A stretch of DNA of 64,000 nucleotides from Setoptus koraiensis (GCA_048013815.1 CM106586.1:11470001-11534000), one strand, 5' to 3'; shown: positions 23,001 to 35,277, counted from the stretch's first letter. The notes: generated by a model not told the origin, from the letters alone. Numbers and translations are program-made.

Positions 23001-24425
23001 AATTTTTATATAAATTTTTATTTATATTTTTTTAATATTTTTTTGTATTAATATAATATATTAAAATAATAAATTTTATATTATAAATTAATAATATTAT
23101 AATATTTATTTAAATAAATTATTTAATTATATTTAAAAAATATAAATAAAATTTAATATAATATTTAAATATTAAATATTTAAATAAATAATTTTTAAAA
23201 AAAATAATTAAAATTATAAAAAAATATTTTATTTTAAATAATAATAAATAATTAATATATATATAAATAAAAAAATTATAAATAAAATAAATAAAAATAT
23301 AATAAAAAATATATAAAAATATAAAATAAAAAATAAAAAATAAAAATAAAATATATATAAAAAAATAAAAAATAAAAATAAAAAAATTATATATAAAATA
23401 AAATATAATATAAAAATATAAATAAAACAAAATATAAAATATATATATTATAAAAAAAATAAAAAATAAATAGGACAAAAATTAAAAAAAAATTATAAAA
23501 ATTTAAAAAAATAAAAAAAAATAAAAAAATAAAAAAATAAAAAAAAATAAAAAAATAAAAAAAAATAAAAAAAATATAAATATTAATATTATATATATAA
23601 AAAAATAAAATATAAAAATATATAAAAAAAATATTAATATTAATAAAAAATTAAAAAAAAATAAAAAAAAAATAAAAAAATAATAAAAATAAAAATAAAA
23701 AAATATAAAATATATAAAAAAATAAAATATAAAATAAAAAATAAAATAAAAATAAAAAAAATATAATAAATTATAAAAAAATAAATAAAAAAATAAAATC
23801 AAAAATATATAAATATAAAAAAAAAAAAAATATAAAATAAATATATATATATAAAAAATATAAATAAAAAAAAAATAAAAAATATATAATAAAAAAATAA
23901 TATAAAAAATATATAAATATAAAAAATAATATATAAAATAAAAAAATAAAAAAATAAAAAAATAAAAATTAAAATTAAAAAATAAAAAAAAGAATAATAT
24001 AAAAAATAATATAAAATATAATAAAATAAAAATATAAAAAATATTAAAATAAATGAAAAAATTAAAATTAAAAATAAATAAAAAATAAAATATAAAAAAA
24101 ATATATATATAAAAAATTATATAAAAATAATTAAAAAAATAAAAATAAAAAAATAAAAAAAAAAAAATTAAATAAAATTAAAAATACATATAAAATATAA
24201 AATATAAACAAAAATATATATAAAACATAGAAAATAAAAAATATAAAAAATATATATCAGAAAATATATAATAAATAAATAAAAAAAATATATAAATTAA
24301 ATGAAATATAAAAAATTATAAATAAAAATAAAAAAAATAAAAATATAAATACACATATTAATAGAATAAAAATATATAAAAAAATATATATATAATATAA
24401 ATTAAAAACAAATCTAAAAAACAAA
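19501..24425. repeat. ~4.9 kb aperiodic low-complexity block (T/G-only then A/T-only), probable sequencing/assembly artefact
   Basis: 19501-22960 has almost no A or C; 22960-24425 has almost no G or C. No fixed period; edges grade into normal sequence. Confidence 0.85.
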
Positions 24426-24763
24426 ATGATTAGATGGGGGTCGATCTTTTTCCCACCGTTCAAATCTTTATATTCACGCGATTGTACTGTAATGAGAAAA
24501 CTGAATGCACTGTTGGTGCGTGTGTTTGTGTGTGTGCCTGCGCGTTTGTCGATTTGTGCGTTAGCAAGTAATAGCTTTCTACTATGGCGAACGTTGGTTC
24601 CATCGTCAATTTGTGTGTGTATTTGTGTGTCTGCCCGTCTGTTTGCTTGTGTGTATAAAACTAAAATAAAATAAAATAACTTATTTGCTATCTATCTATC
24701 ATCAAAAAATCGACATTTTCAAAAAAAGGATTATACATTAAACAATTTTCCTTGCGGAATATA

Positions 24764-25585
24764 ATGGACCATCAACAACAACAGGGCTCTGTCAAGGTGG
24801 CTTCTAAAGGAGTTGGTCAACCCATAGTTGTCGAACAACATCAACAACCACAATTGCAATTACAAGTTCATCATCTAAATTCAGGCGATCCAAATACAAT
24901 GATTAAATGCGATTACGCTGGTTGCGATCGTATTATTAAAAGAAGCGACATAATTCAACATTTAACTACACAACATAACATTAACACATCCACTCCGATG
25001 GTAAAATATGTGGCAGAAACAGCACAATTTGTACGTTGCGATTTTGAAGGTTGTTACGCCTATTTTACTAGTTTTCAAGAGATGCATAAACATAAAGTCA
25101 TACACTCTAATTTGAACCCAAATTTTGTTCGTCGCGCCGCTCAATGTATCTCTTATCCTCAGCCACCTCAAAGAGAAGGCAACCATAGGTGCACTATATG
25201 CGGGAAGAGCCTTTCGAGTAGAAGGTGTCTTAGAGAGCATCTGCAAAGACATGCCGGAGAGAAGCCTTTTACTTGCGATATAGAAGGTTGCGGTAAGCGC
25301 TTTGTAAATGAGCAAAGTCTGACAGATCATCGAGCCACACATTTTGAGGATAGGCCATTCAAATGTACGTATAATGATTGTGGAAAAAGTTTCAAAAACA
25401 ACGGCCAACTCAGAGGCCACCGCTTAGCAGTACACAAACCACCTAGTATGAAATGTCAATTCTATGGATGCGAATATAGTGCCCGAAGATCTCGCCATAT
25501 GCAGGTCCACATATCTAAGAAGCATTCCGAACAGTTGAGTACTATTGGCTCCATTTTGCAAGTGGTACCGTCTGATCAACAATGA
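24764..25585 (+). CDS. C2H2 zinc-finger protein (about 6 fingers)
   Basis: CX2-4C..HX3-4H fingers, e.g. CTICGKSLSSRRCLREHLQRH, with AGEKPFTC and EDRPFKC linkers. Confidence 0.9.
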   Translation: MDHQQQQGSVKVASKGVGQPIVVEQHQQPQLQLQVHHLNSGDPNTMIKCDYAGCDRIIKRSDIIQHLTTQHNINTSTPMVKYVAETAQFVRCDFEGCYAYFTSFQEMHKHKVIHSNLNPNFVRRAAQCISYPQPPQREGNHRCTICGKSLSSRRCLREHLQRHAGEKPFTCDIEGCGKRFVNEQSLTDHRATHFEDRPFKCTYNDCGKSFKNNGQLRGHRLAVHKPPSMKCQFYGCEYSARRSRHMQVHISKKHSEQLSTIGSILQVVPSDQQ

Positions 25586-25946
25586 AACAGAAGATACAAA
25601 TTGTTTGAATTGTTCCGACTTCAGTGTTTAGCAACTACTATTGTATAACATTGATCTGATTGTAATACGCATGCGTGACGATAATTCAATGTATAAATAG
25701 CGCGCGTTATAAATAAAAATAGTACTCATAACCTAACATAATACGGTCTTTTTTGTCCGTTTGTCCGCCTGTCTGTGCCCAAATGCACATGTCTTTCACA
25801 TATGGCTTGCGGTCTAAACCAGATTTATATTGCAATTCTCTCTTGCCATATGATCTTATAGTTTTTTTTTTCGGCAATCACTTTCACTTTTAACAGACAA
25901 TCACTATTTAATTGATTGTCACTGGATTTACACCAACATTACCGGC

Positions 25947-28739
25947 ATGGACCAAGACTCCAAAGATGCCAACAATTTGTTGGCCGAATTAGATAGGGGA
26001 CTACAAACACAATTTATCGGAGAACAATGTGATGCCGTTGTTCGTTTCACTGCTCTATTTGAGCGCTATCCATTTCCCATTCTCATCAATTCAGCTTGTC
26101 TGAAACTAGCCGAGGCATTTAGAGTTGGCAGTAACTTCCTTAGAATTCAGATATCAGAGGTATTTGAGAGATGCCAAAATCATCTGGATAAGATATACAA
26201 CATCGACGAGTTCTATCGTTGTATATTCTCTGTGACAAAATCAAATGATCCAATAGCCCGTTCAATAACACTAATGACATTAGGAAATATCGCCTCTATT
26301 GTCAGTAATTACAAAAGTGCCCACCATTGTATTAGGAGTACCTTAGAATCAAATATTGAAAGTGAGATAAATGCAGCAATCTACTGTGCAGCTTGTTATG
26401 TTAAGCAGTCAGCGGAATTTGCTTGCAACATCTATCCTAAAATTGTATCCATTATAGATAGTTCTGACGTACCATTGGAAACCAAAATCAAAGCACTGTC
26501 CATTTTAGATCACGAATTTTATAATGCCAATGATGCCATGACTGTCAGGTCGTTTTTCATAAAGGCTATCGACAATAGTCAAACGAAGAAGTTCATTTGT
26601 GCAAGTCTAACATTATCAACGAAGATAGCTTTTACATCTTTATCACACATATCACCACAAATAGATCTTTTGTTGAAGATATTCATAGAAGATCCTAGGA
26701 GAGTCATCAAATTGAATGCCCTGAGAAATCTACAATTCCTAGCGGATAAAAGCCCTCATATATGGGAATCACGGCACGTGGAAAGCTTACTCAATCACCT
26801 TGAAATCTCTTCAAGCGGCGCTGAAGATGATCGTGTTTTATATTCTATCGTACTTATTTTCTGTAAACTGATGAGATGCCAATGTAACTTCATTGAGAAT
26901 CCGCAAAAGAAGCGAATTTTTGGCCAATGCCTTAGATTAGCCGAAGACAGGGATAATCTTCAATTGTGCACCCTCGCCTTTGAGTTGTTCACTATATTTT
27001 GCAGCGAATACACCTATATTAGTATGATGTCAATCACTCAGGCACCCATAGCCGAAGAAATCTTCAACGTTGCAATGTTATTTTTGAACGATCCGAGATC
27101 TACTCAAAGTAACATAGATAGTTACTCCCATTTTATGTATCGGAAAACTTTCTCACATATTGTCAAACTTTGCAGTCTGCACCCAAAACATAGTATGAGC
27201 GTCCTAAAATGTTTGTTCGATCTCGTTGCCAATCCAAATCTGCAACCAAGTGAACTTTCCTCATCGGTCTGTGAAGCAATTTGCGCTATATTGTCAAATA
27301 ACGATAGCTTGAGCCTGCCCCCAGAAAAGATTTGGTCCGTGATGAAACCCAAATTGTCAAACTTCAGTGATACTAATCTCATACATTTAGTAGCCTTTTA
27401 TTTCCAAAATTTGTGCATATACGAATCGAATGATACCGATGAACATTTCAAATCGCAAGTACTAGCGGGTAGGTCATTATGGTTTGCATTCCAAGTTGTT
27501 CGGCAGGCCATGCGTTATAGTCACCACAAGATAGCATCTGAGATTTGCAAAGAGATCCAGAAGAGCGTGACCACAGATATAACAAATTATTACTTCAAGA
27601 GTTTAAATAAAATCACCACCGCCGAGGCCCTCCTGTGTAAGCCTACCCAGGTTGAAGATCACTTAGTTAAGGCCATACAATCGTATGAGGATGCTGTGTT
27701 TCCTATGCGAGCATCTCTCAAACCATCCAAGGGAATTTCTTTTCAAATGGAGTTCTTACGCTTGAGGATAAAATACCTTCAAGCTCATCAATCTTTCAGA
27801 CAATGTTGTACTATACATCAAACATCGCCAGCGATTTTTTCATCGATCAACAATTCAACCATCTTCAGGGATAATGAGTCCATCACAAAAGGAGGAATTA
27901 TAACTCTTCAGATGCCGAAAATGGCTAAAGAATTTCGCCAACTCGCTGAATCATATTCAAATTTGTTACATATTTTATTCAATTGTGATGAACAAAGTTT
28001 ATCCTACCTAACATTGATACAGCGTAGCTGTCTCATAATGGCTGATGGAATTGATGCCGTATTCCAGGCGGGTAAGGTTCTACCGACCATAGGAGTATTT
28101 CACCGGTTGCACCACACAAATAATGATGACGCTTCAGTTCTGGAGAAAGTTGTGGCTCCCGTGGAACAGAGAGCCTTAACCAGCACATGTGAAAAGCTCA
28201 TCGAATCAATCAGAGTCAACATTGTAACATCAGGGCAGATAGCAGCGCACAAATCTTCAGAGGATCTCATTAGCTTACTGAAATCTTACAGTACTCAATT
28301 ACTCAAAGTACCTTTCTCGTTCCCAAGATACTTTTTCCAACCTCTTCAATCAACTCAAATCAAATTGGCCTTGACGCCGCCACCAAACTCAAATGATACG
28401 GCAATAATGCAAATATTGAATACAAACCTTGTCCTGAAAGTTGAAGGCCTCATACAAAATTTTTCTTCTAAGAGACTAGTTATAAGGAAAGTTTCGAAAG
28501 TTATTCTGTCGTTAATAATGAGCCCTACTAAAGCTCCATCTACCACAAAGCCCTACATTATCAACTTGCAGGCAGAGGCTACACCTGCCCATGATTATTT
28601 TATAACAGAATTTCTGTTATCGTTGACGCATCTGGGTGCTTATACAATAACTGTCGAGGCTTCAATAATGGACCATAAGGAACAAGTATGGAAAACGGGC
28701 CCCTCCGCATATCTCAACATTCAAGTTGTTGACCACTGA
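25947..28739 (+). CDS. INTS7: Integrator complex subunit 7
   Basis: LAELDRGL..GEQCDAVVRF..LFERYPFPILINSACLKLAEAFRVGSNFLR..SNDPIARSITL N-terminus and PRYFFQ.LQSTQIKLALTP motif; single exon, 930 aa. Confidence 0.94.
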   Translation: MDQDSKDANNLLAELDRGLQTQFIGEQCDAVVRFTALFERYPFPILINSACLKLAEAFRVGSNFLRIQISEVFERCQNHLDKIYNIDEFYRCIFSVTKSNDPIARSITLMTLGNIASIVSNYKSAHHCIRSTLESNIESEINAAIYCAACYVKQSAEFACNIYPKIVSIIDSSDVPLETKIKALSILDHEFYNANDAMTVRSFFIKAIDNSQTKKFICASLTLSTKIAFTSLSHISPQIDLLLKIFIEDPRRVIKLNALRNLQFLADKSPHIWESRHVESLLNHLEISSSGAEDDRVLYSIVLIFCKLMRCQCNFIENPQKKRIFGQCLRLAEDRDNLQLCTLAFELFTIFCSEYTYISMMSITQAPIAEEIFNVAMLFLNDPRSTQSNIDSYSHFMYRKTFSHIVKLCSLHPKHSMSVLKCLFDLVANPNLQPSELSSSVCEAICAILSNNDSLSLPPEKIWSVMKPKLSNFSDTNLIHLVAFYFQNLCIYESNDTDEHFKSQVLAGRSLWFAFQVVRQAMRYSHHKIASEICKEIQKSVTTDITNYYFKSLNKITTAEALLCKPTQVEDHLVKAIQSYEDAVFPMRASLKPSKGISFQMEFLRLRIKYLQAHQSFRQCCTIHQTSPAIFSSINNSTIFRDNESITKGGIITLQMPKMAKEFRQLAESYSNLLHILFNCDEQSLSYLTLIQRSCLIMADGIDAVFQAGKVLPTIGVFHRLHHTNNDDASVLEKVVAPVEQRALTSTCEKLIESIRVNIVTSGQIAAHKSSEDLISLLKSYSTQLLKVPFSFPRYFFQPLQSTQIKLALTPPPNSNDTAIMQILNTNLVLKVEGLIQNFSSKRLVIRKVSKVILSLIMSPTKAPSTTKPYIINLQAEATPAHDYFITEFLLSLTHLGAYTITVEASIMDHKEQVWKTGPSAYLNIQVVDH

Positions 28740-28966
28740 TAGATTGTACATTTTCTTTAGCTACGCTCTAATAAACATGGATCAATTTGAATGCATTCAA
28801 CAAGTGGGCGTAAAAAACGTGCATGCTGTTATGAGTACTCATGTACACATAAGCTTATATAGCCGATCTTGTGCTATTGCATGATCAGTCTTAATCTTGA
28901 GACGATACAATCACTACATCAGCACAAACTCAAAATACAGAAATATACCGATATTATCTCAACAGT

Positions 28967-29825
28967 ATGGTCGTTGAAATCAAGAAATTTTCAAATCAGG
29001 AGGCTCTGCAGCGCGAGCTCATAAGCTTGATTAAATCAGCTTACGATAGTCAATCGAATAAAAATAGCGAGTTCGACGTCGGACTATCTGGTGGAAGCCT
29101 TCCCAATCTACTTGTGAAGACATGGGAGGCAATTGATGGTATTGATTGGAAAAAATGGCGTTTCTTCTTTTGTGATGAGCGATGTGTCTCTTACGATAGT
29201 CCAGATTCCACCTACGGCGTTTATCGTGACCTTATATTTAAGGATGCTGGAAGAAATGACAAGTTACCTATTAGTTTGAGTCAATTTGTAACCATTGATC
29301 CCTCATTGAAAAGCAGCAAATGCGCTGATGACTATTTATCCAAAGTTCGAAAGCATTTTAATCTACCTATTCACGGAACAACAATACCAACATTTGACAT
29401 TTTATTCCTTGGTGTCGGTCCCGACGGGCACACATGTTCTCTGTTTCCAAACCACCGGCTGCTGAAAGTAAGTTAACTACATTCGCCCATGAGTTGCATG
29501 AATTCAAAGATATAGTCTGATAACGATATATTTAATTCTCTATCAAAAACATTAGGAGAGCTCCAAATGGGTCGCATTTATCGGAGATTCGCCCAAGCCT
29601 CCTCCCGAACGTATCACTCTGACCCTGCCAGTGATCAATAACGCTAAGTTGTGCATTTTTGTTGCGACCGGGTCAAACAAGGCTGAGATACTTAAAGAAA
29701 TATTCACCAATAAAGAATCATACCCAGCCGGCTTAGTGGACCCACAGAATGGTAAAACCGTTTGGCTAGTAGACGACGATGCTGGCGCCCTGCTGGATCC
29801 CTCTTTATTTTCCGCCTTAGAGTGA
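28967..29825 (+). CDS. PGLS: 6-phosphogluconolactonase
   Basis: Exons 28967-29467 and 29556-29825 (88-nt GTAAGT..TAG intron), 256 aa. Motifs GLSGGS, FFCDER, LGVGPDGHTCSLFP, DSPKPPPERITLTLP. Confidence 0.95.
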
Positions 29826-30320
29826 CAAATGGGACAGTGTTTGATGGGCTCAGTTTCATAAGTAATATTAGCGATGTTGATATGGTAGAGATTCAATCAT
29901 TTTCACATACTGTATTTGGTTGCTTATAAAAGAGGATATTACGCAATTTCAATTAAATTTTCATTTAAACATCGCGCCTCACTTTTGTTTTGACTAATTT
30001 TGCAAGCTGTGACAGTTGTTCGTTCCCCTCTCGCAGTTCAGAATCACCATCAAAGATGGTCAACTGCGAGGGGAAAGCAATGCACTTGTTGAGATCTCTG
30101 ATTAAATGTTTGTTGTTCTTTGGTTTTTTGTCTGAATAACTGGAGCTGTCCTCTCGGCCAGAATACACCCTATTATGTAATCTCGCGATTGGCCACTTTC
30201 AAATTTATTAGTTTATATGAGACATTTGTCCTTTTAGTTTCAGTCATATTCATGTAGCATTCCGAGGAGTGAAAATTGTCACAAACAAAAAAAAAGGAGT
30301 GTCAGTAAAAGAACAAAGAT

Positions 30321-30785
30321 ATGGAATACGAGCCAGGCGACGATTTCTCATGTTTAGGCGTAAGTATACACAATCTATATTGTTTCTCAAGAGCTGCTGG
30401 ATGTTGACAGTCTATTGCAACTGACCATTGATTCCTTCTCTTTTTATGTGCAAAACTGAAGATTCCAATCACGGTGTCCAAAGAGAAATTCATCGATCCA
30501 GATACCAATAGAGAGTTAGAGAGATGCGGTTTTGCCATAGCTGGTGGAATAGACCAGGATCATACTAAATCACCGCAAGGCTTTAGCGAGAATGGAGTCT
30601 ACATCACCAAGCTCGATCCTAATGGTCCCGCGATAAAAGCGGGCCTCAGAAGAGGTGATCGTATATTGCAATGCAATGGACACGATTTTACGGTAGTAAC
30701 TCATCGAAAGGCCGTGGAGTACATAAGAAGATATTCTACTCTTCAACTGTTGGTGACACGCAAAGATGATTGCGTCAACGTATGA
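30321..30785 (+). CDS. TAX1BP3: Tax1-binding protein 3 / TIP-1 single-PDZ protein
   Basis: Exons 30321-30359 and 30462-30785 (102-nt GTAAGT..AAG intron), 120 aa. Motifs CGFAIAGGIDQD and GDRILQCNGHDFTVVTH. Confidence 0.88.
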
Positions 30786-31076
30786 CAGGTGCCGTCATCA
30801 CAAACTTTTTTCAGTCTTTCATCATTGTCAACTTTGATTTTAGCAAATACAAACAATAGAACATGCCATATTTGAGGATGTCCAGTAAATTGAGTGGACA
30901 ATCACAATCTCAACTAGGCCAAATCGACCTCAAATTGGTGGAGCAGTAATCAATCAAGAATAGTGTATCTTTCAATTCTTAGCCATTTTCCGATGTAACA
31001 AAATTATTATTACTGCTGTAGAGGAGCAATCTACAATGTTGTCAAATATAAGATAGCAAAATACTCGTTATAGTAT

Positions 31077-32915
31077 CTAAATGATGGAATCACTATCCAG
31101 TCTGAATATTGCCTTGAGAATCTCTTTTCTTCTGAGCCAACGGTCGTAGTGGTGAGCAGAGTTCGCATTCGAATCTATGGTCTTTACATGCTGATTGATG
31201 ACGATGCCCAAATCCCAGACTTGACAATGGCCATTTTCGTGTCCAGTGAATAATGTCAGCTTTGATTTCATACCTAAAACACACTCTTCAACACTGACAC
31301 AAACAATTGGCGATCTATCAACTGAGACTATTCTACCCAATCGAGATCCGTCGGCGGCCGACAAAATAGATATTTCGCAGGAATCATCGTGAAGTTTTTC
31401 TATCATTATTGATCCGTCTGGTTTTTTTCGGTCAAAATCAAAAAAGGGCTCAATGTTATAATGGCAATCGTCTGAATAGTTACGCTCCAAAATTTGATAT
31501 GTCTGATCAGAATTGGATTCTTTCATTCCATTCAAATAAGTTAGACGAAAGTTGGCATGTGATGTAGTTCCGGGGTAGGTTGATATGTGCCCTCTGAATC
31601 TTGTTAATTTCCATGTGCGAACGTGCATATTTTTGCAAACACTTATCACATAGCTCTCGTTTAAGGATATTCTAACTATTGGACTGAAGTGGACCTCAAA
31701 AGTTTGAAATAGTTCAGGCCCGAAGCCTATTGTCTCTGGTTGTTTTAAAAGTATTCGAACTGTGCCCATCGAAGTGCCATAGGCTATCTCTATCTTATTC
31801 ACAGTCAAATCATCGTGTGTGTAATATTCAGAGATAGGTGTCATATAGCATGATATCGCCGTTATCTCCTCATAATCGGGATCTTGAAATAGTTCATTGA
31901 TCAACAGATCACCATTGTTCAGACGTAAGGGAAATTTTTGCATATCGATAAAATAGATGGCACCCCGTCCTGATCCGAAAATCAAAAATCTACCCGCTTT
32001 GTGATATGCCGTAATTGTAGGTGCATTCTGGAATTGTGACGATAAATTCTGTATGAGCCAGTTTCTTGAAGTTGGATGCCAGACACCAACGCGTCCCTTG
32101 TCGAACCCAAGGGCGATCAAAAAGTTGAGATGATTCTCGACGAAGAACAAGGCATCTATGTTGCAACCGTGTAGGTCAAATTTACCTATCTCGGTGTGTA
32201 CATTTTGAAATTCTGGACTTCTATCCTCGGAATCTATCGTCCAGAGCACAATACGTCTCTCCAGATGATGATGAATGGCAATCAATTGTTTGGTGTCGTT
32301 GGAAGTAGAATAACGCAACAGGTATGCAACAGAGCCTATTTCAGGCCTGATATAATCGGACTGAAAGTATCTTTTTGTGGCAGTGGTGGTTTTCAGTTTG
32401 TAACAGGCTATATGATGCTGATGAGCAATCAAAACAGATTCGTTCTTGGCCACTATTTGCACAACAGGTCCCATGGAATCTTTTGCTTGGTTGTCATCAC
32501 AATCAGATGTGGAAGCCTTTAAAATAGCATGAAATGGCATACTGCCACACTCATCAATCAGATATGTATCATCGGATAGCTTCGAGTATGCATCCAATTT
32601 TTTGACTAGTGGCAAAACGCCATAGTATTCGGCCTCGTGTCGCAACAAATCAACATCTAATTTTTGATAGTCAAAATGCAGTTGACGTGTCCTCAAGAAA
32701 TTCAATATGATGGAAAATAATTTCGGGTCCCTATCAATAAATATGGCATTTGAGTCATCCTTGAGAGTTTCTATTCGTCCAGATAGGAGGCCAGTAAAAA
32801 ACGTGTCAGGTATGGATAGCAGAGTCTGTCTGCTCGAGCAATAGATTTTGCCCCCGACATTGAATTTAATTATGGAAGCTGAGCATGGCAAAGATTCCGT
32901 CGACACCTCATCCAT
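31077..32915 (-). CDS. KCTD3: BTB/POZ protein KCTD3/SHKBP1-like
   Basis: T1-type BTB (FNVGG..TLLSIPDTFFTGLLSGRI..FIDRDP) followed by a WD-like region (KIEIAYGTSMGTVR, TFEVHFSPI, LFTGHENG). Confidence 0.88.
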   Translation of the reverse strand: MDEVSTESLPCSASIIKFNVGGKIYCSSRQTLLSIPDTFFTGLLSGRIETLKDDSNAIFIDRDPKLFSIILNFLRTRQLHFDYQKLDVDLLRHEAEYYGVLPLVKKLDAYSKLSDDTYLIDECGSMPFHAILKASTSDCDDNQAKDSMGPVVQIVAKNESVLIAHQHHIACYKLKTTTATKRYFQSDYIRPEIGSVAYLLRYSTSNDTKQLIAIHHHLERRIVLWTIDSEDRSPEFQNVHTEIGKFDLHGCNIDALFFVENHLNFLIALGFDKGRVGVWHPTSRNWLIQNLSSQFQNAPTITAYHKAGRFLIFGSGRGAIYFIDMQKFPLRLNNGDLLINELFQDPDYEEITAISCYMTPISEYYTHDDLTVNKIEIAYGTSMGTVRILLKQPETIGFGPELFQTFEVHFSPIVRISLNESYVISVCKNMHVRTWKLTRFRGHISTYPGTTSHANFRLTYLNGMKESNSDQTYQILERNYSDDCHYNIEPFFDFDRKKPDGSIMIEKLHDDSCEISILSAADGSRLGRIVSVDRSPIVCVSVEECVLGMKSKLTLFTGHENGHCQVWDLGIVINQHVKTIDSNANSAHHYDRWLRRKEILKAIFRLDSDSII

Positions 32916-33912
32916 CTGCGAGCCTCTATGTTTTTGTATTCAATGTTTAAATGCGTCCCAGAATTGAAGGTCCTCACTGGGAACAAATGTTGATTGCATC
33001 TTACAAGAAGCATTCCAACAGGTGTGACAACAAACAACAAAACAGCTGTGCAATGACAGATCAGCAAGCGCCATTTATAAACAACGGTTAGCCTATTATG
33101 CCACGGTTGACTGTCTGACAACTCTTGTGAGATGGTGGGATTTTCTTCTTTGGCAGATTTGCTCGGCTTGAGATTTTCTCATAGGATTGTCGCCCCGGAG
33201 AGATCGTGGATCGTCTATTACTTGCTAAAGATAAACAGACAACTTTGAAGCACGAGATCAGCGAGATTCGCATACGAATATCATGGTTCGACAGACCTCC
33301 ACCAGGCGACCGGAAACGCCCATCCCACTTCCTGTGACACGCACCCTTTTCTCGGTAGCGCAATTTTTCGCGATTGTACCTTTTTTCGCCTCCCAGAAAC
33401 GCGCAACGTGGATCTAGGTAAATTAAGTTGATGTCGAACAAGTTGTTCTGCTTTGGATGCATCGGCATAGCCTCTCTTGTAAGGGCGACTCATTTCTCAT
33501 TTACTTGGTGTTCACTAACCTAACAAGTGTGTATCACTCGGCTCGCGCAGATACACAAAAAAAGTAAACAGAGAGAAACTCAAATGTTTTATCGACAATG
33601 GGCGCAAACATAACTTTAATCTAGACTTATCAAATTATGTAACTTGGGACAATAATGACAGTGAGAATAATAGAAAGCTAATGACATATCTATCGAAATC
33701 ATTTTAGGCAGCGATTGTAGTGAAAGAATGATTGAATATGAAAGAAATGATAGTGGAGAATTTATCCCAAGTTAGGATTGTGGGATTTCAAAGAGCTATA
33801 AGATTCATAATCTGGCAATTTTCCTTCATTTTCTACCTTCAGTGAATAGTATTCTTTCTTCCTCTTGATCAAATCATCTGTGGATTCTAATATTCCCGCC
33901 TTGCGTTTGAGC

Positions 33913-33915
<3 letters not shown>

Positions 33916-33970
<55 letters not shown>
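33916..33970. repeat. (GA)n microsatellite, left boundary of protease duplication
   Basis: Visible tract; sister tracts at 35258-35277 and 36733-36790. Confidence 0.95.
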
Positions 33971-33971
<1 letters not shown>

Positions 33972-34197
33972 AAATGGTAAACGAGTCTGGAAGTTATATT
34001 TGATTCAGTTTATTTACGCTCATACCTATTGATGATTTTGGATCTTTCAGAGTGTTATAGACAGACAGATATTATAATGGCCCCGTTATCGCTGTCGACT
34101 AGAATTTATTCTTCATGTCAGCTTCGCATCCGGCCGACTTCCTGTACTTTGTCGTTTTCATCTACTTGGTTGTCTCCTCCTACTTTTGCCCCGCTTC

Positions 34198-35133
34198 TTA
34201 CCCATGCGAATTAATGATACTTTCAATCCAATCGAGATAATGGGTCAATCTTGTGTAAACGTCGTATTTTTTTCTACATCCTCTTATTCCAAAAGAAGTT
34301 ATGCCAATTTGTGTCCAGCGATTATTTATCGGTATCATGGCCGGTCCACCTGAATCGCCATTGCAAGTGTTAGATACTAACATGCCATTTTCATCATGCT
34401 CGCCGAGGCAGATCATTTCTTCTGCTACGTACCATTTTATTTCGTCTACAGTCCAAACATCGGCACATTCTTCTTCGGAAACAAGAGGAACGTGGGCAAC
34501 TTGCATCACATCTGGAAACGTATCCTTGTCCAAAGGGATGCCAGTGGTTTCTATTGCGCCAAAACCTATGATTGTCAGATTTGATCCTGGCTCAAGATTG
34601 ATGTCTCTAGTCGGCAAACAGATTGGCCTGATCGAATCAGTCCATTCAATTGGTTTGGTTAATTTCACCAGGGCAATATCATTTCTATTAAGAGAGTAAT
34701 CATGAAGAGGATGCACGAATTTCTCCTCTACCTCGTAAATTATTTCAGTTGGGTCGTATTTGTCTCGACTATGGTCACCAAGAATTACTCGGTCGGTCTC
34801 TTCATCAATACAATGTGCCGCTGTCAGAATAAAATATTCATTCAAAATGGATCCTCCACAACCGGGAAGGCGTGCCATCCACGGATAGAAGTCGGGCTCT
34901 GCTGGTTGGCCATTCGTTATTCTGGTTCTACCAAATTTATTTACACCGCATTCAATTTGTTGTCTTGGTCGCCGATTGGGCCGTTTTCTGCCTCCTCGTG
35001 AATATCCGTTACGATGGCCGGATATTCCTCCCGGTTCATGGAAATTGGCGTACACGTAGGCATAGTCAGTCGCCAGAAAACCCACCACAAGTATCGGTAA
35101 AAACAATTTTAAGAGCATTGCGACGTTTTTCAA
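34198..35133 (-). CDS. Secreted S1A serine protease, copy 1
   Basis: Signal peptide, R|ITNG activation site, TAAHC, DIAL and GDSGGP catalytic triad motifs. Confidence 0.95.
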   Translation of the reverse strand: MKNVAMLLKLFLPILVVGFLATDYAYVYANFHEPGGISGHRNGYSRGGRKRPNRRPRQQIECGVNKFGRTRITNGQPAEPDFYPWMARLPGCGGSILNEYFILTAAHCIDEETDRVILGDHSRDKYDPTEIIYEVEEKFVHPLHDYSLNRNDIALVKLTKPIEWTDSIRPICLPTRDINLEPGSNLTIIGFGAIETTGIPLDKDTFPDVMQVAHVPLVSEEECADVWTVDEIKWYVAEEMICLGEHDENGMLVSNTCNGDSGGPAMIPINNRWTQIGITSFGIRGCRKKYDVYTRLTHYLDWIESIINSHG

Positions 35134-35257
35134 AAACTATGAACTATTGTGATCTAGCCAGTCTACGAGTGCCACACAACAGTGATTCGCAGAATAAATT
35201 TTTGCAATCACCACTGACTGTTGGTGGTAATTAAATACTATGCTGAGCAACAGGGAC

Positions 35258-35277
35258 AGAGAGAGAGAGAGAGAGAG
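35258..35277. repeat. (GA)n microsatellite at the duplication junction
   Basis: Left flank matches the flank of the 36733 tract; right flank matches the flank of the 33916 tract. Confidence 0.92.

Noticed and set aside
19521-23051. Very long F/V/L/C-rich ORFs in all three plus frames (up to 1176 aa)
   Set aside because: Stop codons need A, which is almost absent here; open in every frame and no protein-like pattern.
19501-24425. Possible NUMT (T-rich mitochondrial genes followed by an AT-rich control region)
   Set aside because: Real mitochondrial genes retain substantial A and C and recognisable motifs; none seen.
33050-33500. Overlapping 70-126 aa ORFs upstream of KCTD3
   Set aside because: No recognisable family in any frame and no convincing splice model; left unannotated.
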